A DNA stretch of 64,000 nucleotides from Neocallimastix sp. 'constans' (lineage: Eukaryota), in contig JBODTK010000129.1 of NCBI GenBank assembly GCA_050613775.1, positions 372,001 through 436,000 of the forward strand, given 5' to 3'. Positions 31,108-45,868 of the stretch are shown here, piece after piece. Positions within the stretch are counted from its first letter, which is position 1, and the number at the start of each line of letters is the position of its first letter. Both the position numbers and the translations under genes were made by a program. Under the pieces are notes generated by a model that was given only the letters and a program-made list of their open reading frames with translations, did not search any database and was not told where the DNA came from.

Positions 31108-31799
31108 TATTAATAATAATTAATATGATTTCATAATTTTATTTGAATAAATATAACATTTGAATTTTAAAAATTGTTTTTTTTTTTTTTTTTTTTGCTA
31201 AAACTGAAATCAATTTTATTAAATATTTTACTGTTTTGTAAGAAAAAAAAAAAAAAAAATAAAAATAAATCTAGGTATTTATTATAATTTTTATATTTAT
31301 TGTATTAATTATTAATTTATTTTTGATAATGAATCGCTTATTTTATTAAAATAATAAATAAAAACAATTTATATTATTTAAAATTTTGTATAAAATTATT
31401 TTCAATTGAAAATTTCAGAATATATAATATTTCCCCTTCAAAATTTTTATTAAGAAAAAAAAAAGATATATATTAAATATACCTATTAAAGAATTTTAAA
31501 GAAAAAATAAAATCAAAAAAAAAAAAAAAGATAAATATATTAAATTGTTCTATATAATTTTATTATTAAATATAATATAAAAATTTTTTGATTTATATAT
31601 GAAAATATATTATATGTATATAAAATAATATATATTATTAAATATATAAATTCGAAAAAAAAAAATTTTTTTTATTCTAATTCATTTTTTTTAGAGCTAT
31701 ATATTATATATTATATATTAATATATAATATATAATATATAATTTTTTAATTATAATGAATTAGAAAATAATATGTAAATAGTTATATATATATTTTTT

Positions 31800-31895
31800 A
31801 ATTTCCAGTGTGTACCGCCCTTTAATCCCCCAAGACATAGGAACATTAAGGTAGTCACAACTGATCGGTATTCTTTCGCAGGGAGGATATTGAAT
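31800..31895 (-). ncRNA. Candidate structured ncRNA (GC-rich island with long hairpin), class unknown
   Basis: Isolated GC-rich island. Minus strand folds CAGUuGUGacUACC-UUAAU-g-UUCCUA / UGGGGG-AUUAA-agggc-GGUACACACUG. The G-U pairs favour the minus strand. Confidence 0.35.
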
Positions 31896-32914
31896 AGTTA
31901 TAAAAAAAAAAAAGATTGAAAAAAACGGATATCTAAATAAAAGTTGTATTATACATTTGATCAATTAAATATTAAAATATAAATTTTGATTTAAAAATAT
32001 AAATTTATATTATTATTATTTTATTGATAATAGTTAAATTTATACTTTTTTTTTTATAGTAATATAACTAAATTTATGGAGAAATATATTAACATTGTAA
32101 ACATAAAAAATATGGAAAATAAAAATTGACAACCTATACAATCAATCTAAAAATTTAGTCTTAAATTATAATCAATTATTCATTAATATTTAATAAAAAA
32201 TATTTATGATTCATTTTATATAAATATAGATATTATTTAAGTTAAGTTATCTGTAATAAATGTGGATAATTATTTATCTTAATGTATTTATTAAATATGA
32301 TACAGTTATTAAGTAATTATAATAATATTGAGAATAAAGTTATTTTATAATAATTATTAAATTAAGATATTAATTAAAATTAAAGAAAAAAAAATATAAA
32401 ATATAAAAAAATTATATTTTTTAAGTTGTATTATATAATATTATATGCATTATATGGATGATTCATTTTTAAAGGCCCTAATTAAAATAAATAATTTTAT
32501 GACATGACATTATTAATATTTATATAAATGAAATATAAATGAAATATATATTAATTATTAACCTTTTAATTATATATATATTCTTTTCTCTTTCATTTAT
32601 TTATTTATTTATTATAAATATTGTATTAATTTGAATGCTTCAAATATTAATTATTTTTGTGATGTATTAAATTATATCGTTTAATAATCATAATAATAAT
32701 TATAAATAGAATAAAAAAAAAAGTACTTCTTTTCTATAGATATAAAGTATTATGATATATGATATATTCTAAAAAATATCATTGAAATTTGATTGATTTT
32801 ATCATTTAATGTAAAATTATTAACAGGGAACAAATATATTTAAATAGTATAACATTTATTTTAATAATAATCAAAAAGAATTAAATAAAATACTCTAATA
32901 GATTATTATAATAA

Positions 32915-33062
<148 letters not shown>

Positions 33063-33372
33063 GAGAAACTATTTTTTATTGATTCATTAATAGGTGATGT
33101 AACCTTTAAAATAAAGGTTTTACCACAATAATTTATATCCAAATTTAACTATTCCCGAGAATCAAGTACATTAAAAAAAAAAAAAAAAAAAAAGAAATAA
33201 ATTAATCGGTATATTTTGAAAATAACGTTATTTATACTCTCAAAACTAAAACTTGAAAAATGAATTTATAAAAATATTATTACTATAATAAATTATTTAA
33301 ATTTTTTAAAAAAAAACTTAATATTCATTTTAGAAAGAAATTATCGATCATAACTATTTTATAGATATTAAA

Positions 33373-33435
<63 letters not shown>

Positions 33436-33489
33436 TAATAATAATAATAATAATAAAAATAATAATAATAAAAAAAAAAAAAAAAAAAA

Positions 33490-33533
<44 letters not shown>

Positions 33534-35092
33534 CCATAAATTTTTTTAATAATGATTATATAAATATAATATATATATTCATAAATAAAAATCAAATATA
33601 TGTTATAAAAAAAAAAAAAAAAAAAAAAATACACATATATATTTATATATTATATTATATTATTAATTTGATAATCATAAATTTTAATTTTTGTTGGTTA
33701 TATTGTGTCAGGAATGACCAAAAGAAATTAAATGTTTAAATATGATATTAAAAAAAAAGTTTAATACCAAAATCATTTTTTTTTTTTTTTTTTTTTCAAT
33801 AAAAAGAGCAGGGAATTAGGATATATATCTTTTTTTAAATAAGTTTTATTTCATTTATTTAATTTTTTTTTATTATATATTTATTTTTTATTATCTGTTT
33901 AAATATAATTTATTTTAAATTCAATTATTAAAGTTTTAACATAATTTCTTTCTATTATATATATATATTATTATTATTATTATTATTTTATCTTTATTTT
34001 AATGATATTTATAGATTAATTATTTAACTTTTCAAAAGTAGTTAATATATTAAAAATTTTTATTATACTAGTTTTATATTAATATATATGAGATTTTACT
34101 AAAATATGCAATGAAAGTGAAGGAAGTACATTCATAAAAAATAAAGAAAATACCTTTTTTATGAGTTTCTCAATTCTTATTAGACAGTGTAACTTTTATT
34201 ATAGTCATAGAAGGAAGTTTATAAATAATAAATAATATAATTAATTCATTGCATATATATATATATATTTTTTTTTATTATTTATTTTTAAATAAAGTAG
34301 AAAGAAACTATTTAAATATTTGATAAACTAATTAATGAAAATTCTTTTTCTGTTATATATTATGATTGATATTATCTCTTTCTGTTTAATGATTCTATTT
34401 TTTTTTTTTTTTATTTTTTTTTTTTTATTGTTTAAAAGAAAAAAAAATAATAAGTGAAAAAAAATGTAATATTATTAAATAAATAAAATATATAATAAAT
34501 TGAAGAGTTTAGGTTAACAGAACGACATAATACTTTATGTAAGAGATAAAAAAAAAATAATATATGTAAAATATTTCTACTACTACAACTACTACTAATA
34601 ATAGTAATAATAATAAAATTGTTATTTGTTATGTAAAAGTAAAAAAAAAAAATTATTTTCTTATTTAATAAATTAAAAAAATATACTTTATAATTATACC
34701 TATTTTTTTAATTTAATGCATGAAATTATTAATTAAACAAAACAAATTTACTATATATATAGTAATGATTCATTAAATATATATATATATATATATATTT
34801 TATTAATTATTTTTTATAATATTAAATAAATTTACTTTTTTTAAATAATAATAACAATTATAAGTATATTTTTTTTTAATAGGTTATATAATAATTTTTT
34901 TATTTGCATGATATATATAATTTTTTTTAAATAGTTTATATTTTTTTTTTTTTTTTCTAGAAATATATTATATTTAAATGGATAGATTAAAATAAATATG
35001 TTCATGTAATATGTAATGCGTTATAATTATTATTTAATATTGTCTAATATTTAATTATTAACTAATTATTATTCTATAGTATAAAATTAAAA

Positions 35093-36181
35093 TTAATTAG
35101 AATTATCAATACTTGGATCATAATAGAAATTTAAATTATCACACATGGGTTCCTCATATTTTATCATATCTTTACGTGGAAGAATTCCAAGAACTTGTGC
35201 CCATAAATTTAATGCTTTCTTTTGATATTGGTCAATATATTGCTTAACTTTTAGCTTTAAAGCATCAAAATCTGTATTTTTAATAATCTCTGGTAATTCT
35301 TCCCAACTATCAAAATAAACAAAGAGACCTTCAAATTCTTTATTATACCATTCAACATAATTAGTTAAACCATCAGGTATATCTTGTAAATGCTTTTCAG
35401 CAAAGTAATAACTTCCTTCTTTAATTAATTCTCTGAATAATTTTTCAGAGGGTACAATCATTGCTACACCGTATCTGAAATTTTCCATCATTTTCATAAT
35501 AGAAACTTGATAAGGTAACATCAACACTGCTTTATAAGTTGCAAGAACTAAAGGACCACCATATCTGTGGGGTAATTGTGCTAATGGAATATTAAGTTCT
35601 TTCAATTTCGGAATAGCAAGTTTTTTATCTTGGTTTGTATGTTCAATCACTGCTATTTCTTCATGCGTTTCATTATAAGTTTTTCCCATTACTTCTGGAG
35701 GAGCAAATCCAAGTGGTCTAATTAAATAATAATTAGGAATAAATACACCCTTTATACAAGCATGGAATACTTCATAAGGATTATTTTCCACAACAGTTAA
35801 ATCTTTATTTTCTACAACAGCTTTTCCTAATTTTTCGTAATAATCCACTTTATTTTCTTCCTTTACAAATATATCAAATCTTTAATTAATATTAATATAA
35901 ATAAATATATATTAATATATAATAATAATGATGATAATAAAAAAAAGAAAGTCCAATTATTTTTTTTTTTTATATTATTTTTATAAAGTATATTTACTGA
36001 TAAATCATACCTATTTGTTATCTCTAAAACTACTTTTGCACTACAAGGATTAGTAAAATATATATAAGAATCAGGTATAATATCACTTATAACAATATAA
36101 TCATATTGGGAACACTTTAATTTAACAAAAGATTTACATTTGTCTTCTTCAAAACAATCTGGCCTATTTTCAAAAGAATAC

Positions 36182-36222
<41 letters not shown>

Positions 36223-36701
36223 GTTGTTGTTGTTGTTGTTTTCATTATAATTATTATTATTATTAATGTTTTCATTATAATTATTATTATTATTATTATT
36301 ATTATTATTTTATTATTATTATTATTATAATAATAGTAATAATTCAATTAGTCCTTGTTCTAACAAAAAAATTTTTTTTTTTTTTCAACATTTAATATTA
36401 AATATATATATATATAGTATATACATATAGTACTTACTGAAGGCTTATATAAAGATACATTGAAACTTAAAAGTTCGGCAATAATTTTAAAATTTGAAAT
36501 AGTACCGTCATGTCTTGAAACATATAAAATATTTTTATTGAATTCAATTTTTTTTGTTACAGTTTTTTTATTTACTTCACTGACGATTTTGCTTTTATTT
36601 ATTTCAAAAAAATTAGAAATATTAAGTAATGTAATAAAGATTAATGTACATAATAATATTATAATTGAAAGTTTGAATATAAGATTAGTATTTTTATGCA
36701 T
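35093..36701 (-). CDS. Putative glycosyltransferase-like type II membrane protein, paralog 1 (3 exons, 406 aa)
   Basis: Exons 36701-36438, 36180-36011 and 35879-35093 are in frame. Short cytosolic N-tail plus one TM helix. SRHDGTISN motif. C-terminal YKAVLMLPYQVSIMKMMENFRYGVAMIVPS resembles a GT-B donor-binding segment (inference). Confidence 0.8.
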
Positions 36702-37624
36702 TTATATTATTATTATTACTTTAAATATGCTTTTTTTTGTATCTGTATCTGTTTATTTATTTATTTATTTATTTATTATTATTTTTTAAAAAATAATATA
36801 TTTAATTTTCTAATTTAAAGTATCCTTTGAAAATTATAAAATAGTGAAAAAAAATAAATTTGTATATAATATATTACTAAAACATTATATAAATTTAAAT
36901 AATTTAAAAAAAATATTAATGATAATAGAGTAAATAATGTTATTTTTAACTAAAATTCAAGCTTTAATTCTCAAAAATTAAATATTTTAATTTTTTATAA
37001 TAATTTAAAGAAACAATTAATGAAATAAAATAAACTTAAAACAAAAAATTATAAAATATATTAAATTTTTAAAATATTATGAATAACTTTTTTAATTTTT
37101 ACCATACAATTAACCAAAAAAATAAAAATAAAAAAAAAAAAAATTTTTTTTATTAAATATTTTCATTTAATTAAAAATAAAAATTTCATATATTAATATA
37201 TATTTTAATATATACAGTATATTTCATATGAAAAGCTTTTCTTTATCTATTCAATATATAAAAATATAAAAATTATTATATTTCCCATTAAATGAAAAAA
37301 TTTAATATATTTATATTTAATATATATATTTATATATATTTTTAATTATATTACATTTGTAATCTCTAAGTTATTATAAAAAAATTATTATGAAAAAAAA
37401 AAAAAAAGGTTTATATATAAATATTCTTTTTATATAAATTTTAGACAATTCCATTATAATATTATAACAATATTAATATCATTATATATAATAAAATTAT
37501 TTGTAAACTATATTACTTATTATAAATAACTTTCACGACAAGAGCATATCATTTTTTTATAGATACAAATATTGTAAATATTTTGTAATAATAATAAAAA
37601 TTTTATTATTAATTAAATATTTCG

Positions 37625-37997
37625 GAGCATCAACACTGAAAATGCAGTTTAGACAGGTTAGCAGGGCCAATGCCTCTGAAGGAGAAGACCATAATTTCTT
37701 TCAAGATAGTCAATTCAAACCCTTAACCGAAATAAGTAATATGGAGGTAAGGTTCGTTGCAGAGGAACTTTTTTCTGAATTTATTTATACACTTTTTATT
37801 TTAAATATTACTTTTTTTCTATTTCACATTACAATTTTAAATATTATTTTTGATCTAATTGAACAAAGTAATAGTTGTTATTTTTATTAATTCTGTGTTT
37901 TTTTTTTTTTTTTTTTTTTTTTTGAATATAATATTCATGTAATTAATAAATGAAAAAATAAATAAAGATTAAAGTTTTCAATAATTATGGCTGTAAA
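37625..37997. repeat. Dispersed ~370-bp repeat, copy 2
   Basis: Colinear with 21720-22085. Confidence 0.85.
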
Positions 37998-38367
37998 AAA
38001 AAATTAAATCTTTATAATTGTTGGTTAAATATTAAAATCTTTATAATGGTTGGTTAAATATTAAATCTTGGTAATGGTTGGTAAATTTTTTTTTTCTCAT
38101 TAAAATAAATTTAATTTATTCATCAGATTTAATTAATTTTATTATATATTTTATATATGTTAATTACACTTTAGTTTTTATTTAAAAATATAGTTTTATT
38201 TATTTATTTGTTTACTTTATTTATTTATTTTAAAGACCATTATTTTCTAATTCATAAATGGTTAGTACATTTTATATACTCAATCATGTGATTATTCATT
38301 TGTTACACAATAGAATTACATTACATATATTTATATTTATTTAATTCATTTATTTATATAATAACAA

Positions 38368-38575
38368 TATATTTTATATATTTTATATATTTTATATATT
38401 TTATATATTTTATATATTTTATATATTTTATATATTTTATATATTTTATATATTTTATATATTTTATATATTTTATATATTTTATATATTTTATATATTT
38501 TATATATTTTATATATTTTATATATTTTATATATTTTATATATTTTATATATTTTATATATTTTATATATTTTAT
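38368..38575. repeat. 9-bp tandem repeat (ATTTTATAT)n
   Basis: Perfect period-9 array, directly visible. Confidence 0.95.
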
Positions 38576-39656
38576 TTATAGTTTATATAGTATAATATTC
38601 CATACATTTTATATTTTATATTTTATATTTATATATATTTTCTATATTTAATACTTTTATTTATATTTATTTAATATTTATATTTTATATTTATATTTTA
38701 TATTTTTTATATTTCATATTATTTATTTTTTAGTTATAGATATTTAATCTTTTATTTCAACAAAAATAATAGTAATAATAATAATAATAATAATTAAAAT
38801 AAATTATAATAGTTTATATCTTGTATAAAAAATTATTGCACGCATGTATGCACTTGTATGCACTCACATAAGTATCAACAAATAATTATTAATTCGAAAT
38901 CTTTTTTTTTTTAACTTTTTTTAAAATTTTATTTTTAATTGAATTATTCAATTTTATTATTAATACTATTGGTACTATCTTAAATGTATTATATATATTT
39001 ATATATATATATTTTTTTTATTTATTTATTAAAATTTATTGCATTAAAATAAATAATATATTATATGTATATTATATTTATTATATATTTATAATATTTA
39101 TAATTTTGAAAATAATTAATTATAAATTTATTTCTTATTAGTTAAAATAATTAAAACATAGAATATTCGTTTTCTATTTTTTTTTTTTTTATAATTATTA
39201 TAATTATTATTATTAACATATTATTATTAACTAATTATTCCTTAGTTATTAACCAGGTAATATTTAATCAATAAACTAATTATTTATTTCAAAAATATTT
39301 TTTATAATAATAATATTCAATATATATATATTTAATATTAAAAAGTATTCTTAATATTTTTATTTTTAATGTATATCTAAAGAATAAGTATATACATTTG
39401 TATAATATATATTTATAAAATGAAGTTGTTGAATAATGATATATATAATTTTGATTATTTGATTATTTCTTTTCAAAAATATTCAAATTTTTAAATTACT
39501 ATTTTAATAATAACAACTATTAATAAATAGTTTATAAATAATAATAAATTAATAGTAAATTAAATAAATAAGAAATAATAGTAATTGAATGTTTATTTTT
39601 ATTAATATTATTATTGCTAAAATTTTGGAACTAATCTTTCATTTATTTACCATTAA

Positions 39657-39688
<32 letters not shown>

Positions 39689-39874
39689 AAATAAATAAAT
39701 AAGATTAAAATCAAAAATTGTTTTTGGTTTATTTCATTATAAAGAAATTTTTTTTTTTTTTTTTTTTTTTTAAATAAAAAAAATAATAAATTAAATATTA
39801 TTACGGATAAAAAATATAAATTAATTTTTTTTTAAACAATCTATAAATTTTCTAATAATTAATGATGAATATAA

Positions 39875-41402
39875 TTAATTTGATTTATAATAAAAATCTT
39901 TGTTATCACAAAGAGGATCCTTATTTTTAATCATATTTTTACGTGGAATAACATCTAACACCTGTGCCCATAAATTTAATGCTTTCTTTTGATATTGGTC
40001 AATATATTGCTTAACTTTTAGCTTTAAAGCATCAAAATCTGTATTTTTAATAATCTCTGGTAATTCTTCCCAACTATCAAAATAAACAAAGAGACCTTCA
40101 AATTCTTTATTATACCATTCAACATAATTAGTTAAACCATCAGGTATATCTTGTAAATGCTTTTCAGCAAAGTAATAACTTCCTTCTTTAATTAATTCTC
40201 TGAATAATTTTTCAGAGGGTACAATCATTGCTACACCGTATCTGAAATTTTCCATCATTTTCATAATAGAAACTTGATAAGGTAACATCAACACTGCTTT
40301 ATAAGTTGCAAGAACTAAAGGACCTCCATATCTGTGGGGTAATTGTGCTAATGGAATATTAAGTTCTTTCAATTTCGGAATAGCAAGTTTTTTATCTTGT
40401 TCTGTATGTTCAATCACTGCTATTTCTTCATGCGTTTCATCGTAAGTTTTTCCCATTACTTCTGGAGGAGCAAATCCAAGTGGTCTAATTAAATAATAAT
40501 TAGGAATAAATACACCCTTTATACAAGCATGGAATACTTCATAAGGATTATTTTCTACAACAGTTAAATCTTTATTTTCTACAACAGCTTTTCCTAATTT
40601 TTCGTAATAATCCACTTTATTTTCTTCCTTTACAAATATATCAAATCTTTAATTAATATTAATATAAATAAATATATATATTAATATATAATAATAGTGA
40701 TGATAATAAAAAAAAAAAAAGTCCAATTTATTTTTTTTATAATATTTTTATAAAACATGTTTATTGATAAATCATACCTATTTGTTATCTCTAAAACTAC
40801 TTTTGCACTACAAGGATTAGTAAAATATATATAAGAATCAGGTATAATATCACTTATAACAATATAATCGTATTGGGAACATATTAATTCAACAAAAGAT
40901 TGACATTTATCTTTTTCAAAACAATATGGTCTTTTTTCAAAGCCATACTTTTTATTATTAATTACCATTAACAACATGGTCATAGTCATTATCATTATCA
41001 ATATCATTATAATAATTATTATTATAAATATAATTAGTCTTTCTTTATTAAATTAATTTAATAAAGAAATTATTTTTCTTTATTTTTGTTATATTATTTA
41101 TTCTATATAAATTTTAACTTTAAAAATATATTACTTACAGGAGGTCTCATCAACGTAACATTGAAACTTAAACGTTGAGCAATATTTACAAAGTTTGAAA
41201 TAGTGCCATCATGCCTTGAAACATATAAAATACTTCTATTGAATTCTGATTTTCTGATTATAGTATTTTCGCTTGTTGTACTGATAACATTATTACCATG
41301 TATTTCAATAAAATTGGAATAATTAAATAAGGTAATATAAAAAAATAATAATATTGATATTAAAATAATAAATTTGTATTTAATATCAGTTTTTACTTGC
41401 AT
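39875..41402 (-). CDS. Putative glycosyltransferase-like type II membrane protein, paralog 2 (3 exons, 401 aa)
   Basis: Exons 41402-41139, 40947-40778 and 40646-39875. Exon 1 and 2 lengths (264, 170 nt) and phases match paralog 1. Confidence 0.8.
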
Positions 41403-41659
41403 TTTATTTAATTATAATTATTTTTATTATTGTTATTATTGTTATTACTGTTATTATTGTTATTATTGTTATTATTGTTATTATTTTAAATATACTTTCT
41501 GTTCCTTTTTCTGTTTATTTATTTTAACAAATAATATGTTTATTTATACATATAACAAAAAAAAAATACTAAAATAAATATGGTAAAGTAATAATTATTT
41601 AAAGTTGAGATTTAAGCTTTAATTCTATTCAAAAAAAAAAAAAAAAAAAAAAAATAAAA

Positions 41660-41690
<31 letters not shown>

Positions 41691-43069
41691 TTTTTTATTA
41701 TTAATTTGTTATAAAAAAAAATTATAAATATTTTACAAAATTAAAAAAAATATATATATATTACAAATATTAATATATAATTTATATATATACTTAGCAT
41801 ATTTTAATATATATTTCAATTTATATTTTAATTTATTTATTTCTTATTTTTAATTTAATAAATTAATAAAAAAATTGAATATTTTCGATTTTACTATATA
41901 ATTCTATAATCAAACCGATTTTACAATTTTAAAATGATAAGAATTTTTTTTTTTTATATATATATATAGATGATTATATTATTATATCAAGTTCTTTTAT
42001 AAAATAAACATCAAAGTTCATTGCTTTAGCAAAACTCTAATCATCCTTCATTATTTGTATTAGTAGATTTTGAATAGTTATAACATAGAATATACATTAT
42101 TATCAATATTATTTTATCACTAATATTTGCCACATTTATATTCATTATCACTATTTTATATATCTTATAATAATAATCTATATTATATATAATATTTTAT
42201 TTATATGAATTATAGAATATTATTAAATTATAATATTTGAATTTTTAATAAATTTTTTTGTTTTCTTAAAGTTATGTTCTTAATATTGCTATAAAAAATT
42301 TTTTTGTATAAATCTTTTGACAATTCCAGTTAATACTTTAATAATTAATATAAATATATATAATAAAACTTTTTTTATACTATTCTATATATTATAAATA
42401 ACTACCATAACAAGAACATATCATTTTTTACAGGTTTAAAAAATTTTGTAATTTAAAAAAATTTATGATAATAATAAGAATTTTATTATATATAATAAAA
42501 CTTTTAATATTTTTAAATTATAATTTATATATTAAAACTAAAATTAAAACTTGGGTCATATCCAAGAAATTATCTTATTTTTATTTAATGTGACTTTTTT
42601 TTTTCTTTTTACCGAAATAATATCATTTATTAAAAAATTAATTTATCATATTTATTTAAATTTTATTGTATATATTAAATAATTTTTAAAAACTTAAAAT
42701 ATCATATTTATATTTAATTAATTTAGAATATGGCTTGTAAATTATGTAATAACGCCACATTACTTTAACATTTTTATACACTTTACATAAATAAATAATA
42801 TAAAAATAATAAATTAAATATTCAATTTTTTAAAATATTAAAAAAAATAAAATAATTTCAAATAATAATAAATAGTTTTATAATTAAAAAAAAAAAAAAA
42901 AAAATGAATAATTAACATTAATTCAGAATAAATAATTAAATAATAAATAATTAAATAATTTAATATTTTTTATTTTTTAACTATTAAATAAAATAATTTT
43001 AAGGCATATATAATTAAATATACTTTTTAGAAAAATTAATTAAAAAATTTAATAAAAAATGTTAATAAT

Positions 43070-45201
43070 TGAAGTAAGTGGAAAAGAACAAATTATCATT
43101 AATATAAAATATTAAAAATAATTTTTCATCTAAAAAAAAAAAAAAAAAAAAAAAAAAGATAATGTAAAAGTTTATAAATATACTGAATATGAATCTTTAA
43201 ATAAATGAGAAAATCTTTCATTATTTTAAATGATAAGAATGAAATTTTAAAATATGAAAGCTTACATTATCATCTCGAAAAATAATTTGATACATCTATA
43301 TCTATAACAAGACATAAAATTAAAAAAAAAAAAAAAAAAAAATAAGAAAACATCTAATTTCTTTGGATATAAAAAATTAAAACGTATATTTAATAAAATT
43401 TCTTAAGAAATGGGTTTTATATGTCCTGAATATAGTACAATTAGATCTCAAAAAAAAAAAAAATAAAAAAAAATAAAAATAAAAATAAAAATAAAAATAA
43501 ATAAATAAATAGTTAAATCATGATATAACAATATTTGATGAAATTCCTAATGTATCAGAATATTTATAAAACAGAAAGAGGTAAGGATTTTATGATATTC
43601 AAAAATCTTAATCAAAGAAATTTTTTTAATCCCTATTCTAAGCCAAACTATTTATACATTAAAATAAAGATATATTTGCCGACGGTTCATATTTGGATGC
43701 TGCTTTATACCAAAATCAGTTCAAAACTAGTCTAAAACCAGTATCAAATAAGCTACGCATTTTGATGTGTATTTTATGCTAAAAAAAAAAAAATCTAAAA
43801 CAGCATCCAAAACAGCAGTATTTTGAGTATTTCTCTACTAAACCTAGTCCAAAATTGCATACAAGTCCAAATGCATCTGATAGCTGTTTTATATTAAAAA
43901 ACCATACAAAACTTATGTCAAAAATAATGTCTTTTTTGAGTGTAGTTTTTTTAGCATAAAACCATCCAAAAAAACTGTATCAAAACCAAATTGCATTAAG
44001 ATGAAGTTTGATACCAAAAACTAGCACAAAACATACTCCAAATTAAAAAAGCTCTTATCATCCAGTAAATATAACATAAGTAAATAATTTATTTTGCTAA
44101 CTTAAATACTGTTACAATATCATGCAATGTAAATAGCATTATGTGCATCATTGCAATAAATTAGCAATATATGATGCTATTTATTTTAAGTTAGCAAATA
44201 AGTAGAATACAGTCAGTTTGTGTTAATATATGTGTGTTATGTTGTATGTAACTAAAATACATCATAACTGCATTATGTTAGTACACTATTTTGCGTATGT
44301 AATTCATAGCAAGTTAACTTACGCAATAATGCAATTGTTGTGCGACATCCTAATATATAAGTTAACTGCATTTGTATTGCATATTCAACTTATTATCCTA
44401 GCTAGATAGGCTGATAGAGTTGCAATAAATACAAGCATTTAACATAGGTTAAGCAAATATATAACTAGCTAGGATAATGATGCTATCACCCCTATTTATT
44501 TAACTAAAAAAAAGATAGTATGTGATATAATTCATTATTTTAAATAGCTAGTTGTTAATTTATTTAATGATATTTCAGTATTTGATCTATCTGAGATGCA
44601 ATGCAATGCATTTCACAGCACTCATAACAGCGCAATTCATGCATGCTCATTCGTTCTGCATGCACATCGAGTATGTATGAAATATGCAACTATGATGATG
44701 CATATCCCCATTCATTCTATTCACAGCCTTCATAACATTGCATGTTATATGATGTGCTGTTTCATTGCATTCATGTGATACAGCTTTTATGCATTCATAT
44801 GTTGCAAATAATATCAAATACTGCAATGATATATATTGACTGATATTGTTGCGATGTATGCAACATAGACATATTATTTCTTGAATATTAGATATGATAA
44901 TCAGTAGTTAGCATATATTATGCATTGGTGAATTGTTATTCAATCATGTTTATGTTATGGATGCTATATAGGCTAACTACTTAATCTTAACTATATTGTT
45001 TATTTTATTTATAAGTATGGAGGTCATACAAATTTCACATTTGAATGCTATTTTATATCAAAATCAATCCAAAACCAGTATCAAATAAGCTATGTAATTT
45101 GATGTGTATTTTATGCTAATAAAAAAAAATATATATATATTTTTGTAATTACGTAAATTAATTTACATTATGATTTTGAAAAAGGTATATCTAATGCCTC
45201 G

Positions 45202-45234
<33 letters not shown>

Positions 45235-45290
45235 AATAATAAAAAAAAAAAAAGAAAGATTTATTTTTTTTCCCATTTAGCAATGGTTCA
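43070..45290 (+). pseudogene. Mutator (MULE) transposase pseudogene, interrupted by an insertion
   Basis: Fragments SGKEQIIINIKY, DNVKVYKYTEY, MGFICPEYSTIRSQ, FDEIPNVSEY/YKTERGKDFMIFK, DIFADGS (first catalytic D, 43669-43689). After the insert, LHYDFEKGISNA (second catalytic D, 45163-45198). Confidence 0.75.
43688..45125. mobile_element. ~1.44-kb non-coding insertion with ~100-bp terminal direct repeats; TG/CA-rich interior
   Basis: AAAACCAGTATCAAATAAGCTA..TTTGATGTGTATTTTATGCTAA occurs at ~43735-43782 and ~45071-45119. Inverted sub-repeats are present (TTTGGATGCTG vs CAGCATCCAAA at 43801). Composition differs sharply from the flanks. Confidence 0.7.
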
Positions 45291-45826
45291 AATTTTTATT
45301 AATATCAACAAAAAAAAAAAAAAAAAAAAAAAAAATTATATAGTTAATAATTTTATTCATATCCATATCCATATCCATATCAATAATAAATAAATAATTA
45401 ATGTTTTATTAACATTAATATCCATATAATATCAAATTTTTTTATTCATATCAATATTATATACTTTAAATTTTATTTATTTCACTGTATACTTCAAAAA
45501 TTTATTAATGTCAATATTAATGAATGTTATTAAAAAAACAAAAAAAAAAAAAACAAAAAAAAAAATATTATATATATAATATCTTTTAAAAATTTTTATT
45601 TATTTTTAATAAAACTCTAGTTATTAGTAATAAAATAAAATAAAAAAAAATAAATATATTTTTATTTATGTAGGATTAAATAAAAGTGTCAACTATTTAA
45701 ATTAAAAAATATTAAAATAAATAATAAATTAAAAAAAAAAAAAAAAAAAAAATAAATTTAAAACATAAATTGTATTTAGTATGTGTATTTATTTAGTACA
45801 TAATTTGGGTTTTCAAATATATAAAT

Positions 45827-45868
<42 letters not shown>

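Noticed and set aside
31855..31890. AACTGATC...CGCAGGGA resembling the 3' half of a TPP riboswitch
   Set aside because: No GGG..CTGAGA 5' half and no valid P5 stem with a TAAT loop. It also does not match U1-U6, 5S, SRP or tRNA patterns that I can recall.
37670..37740. CTGAAG..GAAA as a hammerhead ribozyme core in the dispersed repeat
   Set aside because: The required stems do not form, and the other copy lacks the GAAA.
44596..44778. His/Cys/Met-rich 60-aa ORF as a metal-binding peptide
   Set aside because: Its composition is explained by TG/CA enrichment of the repeat; no host-like codon usage.
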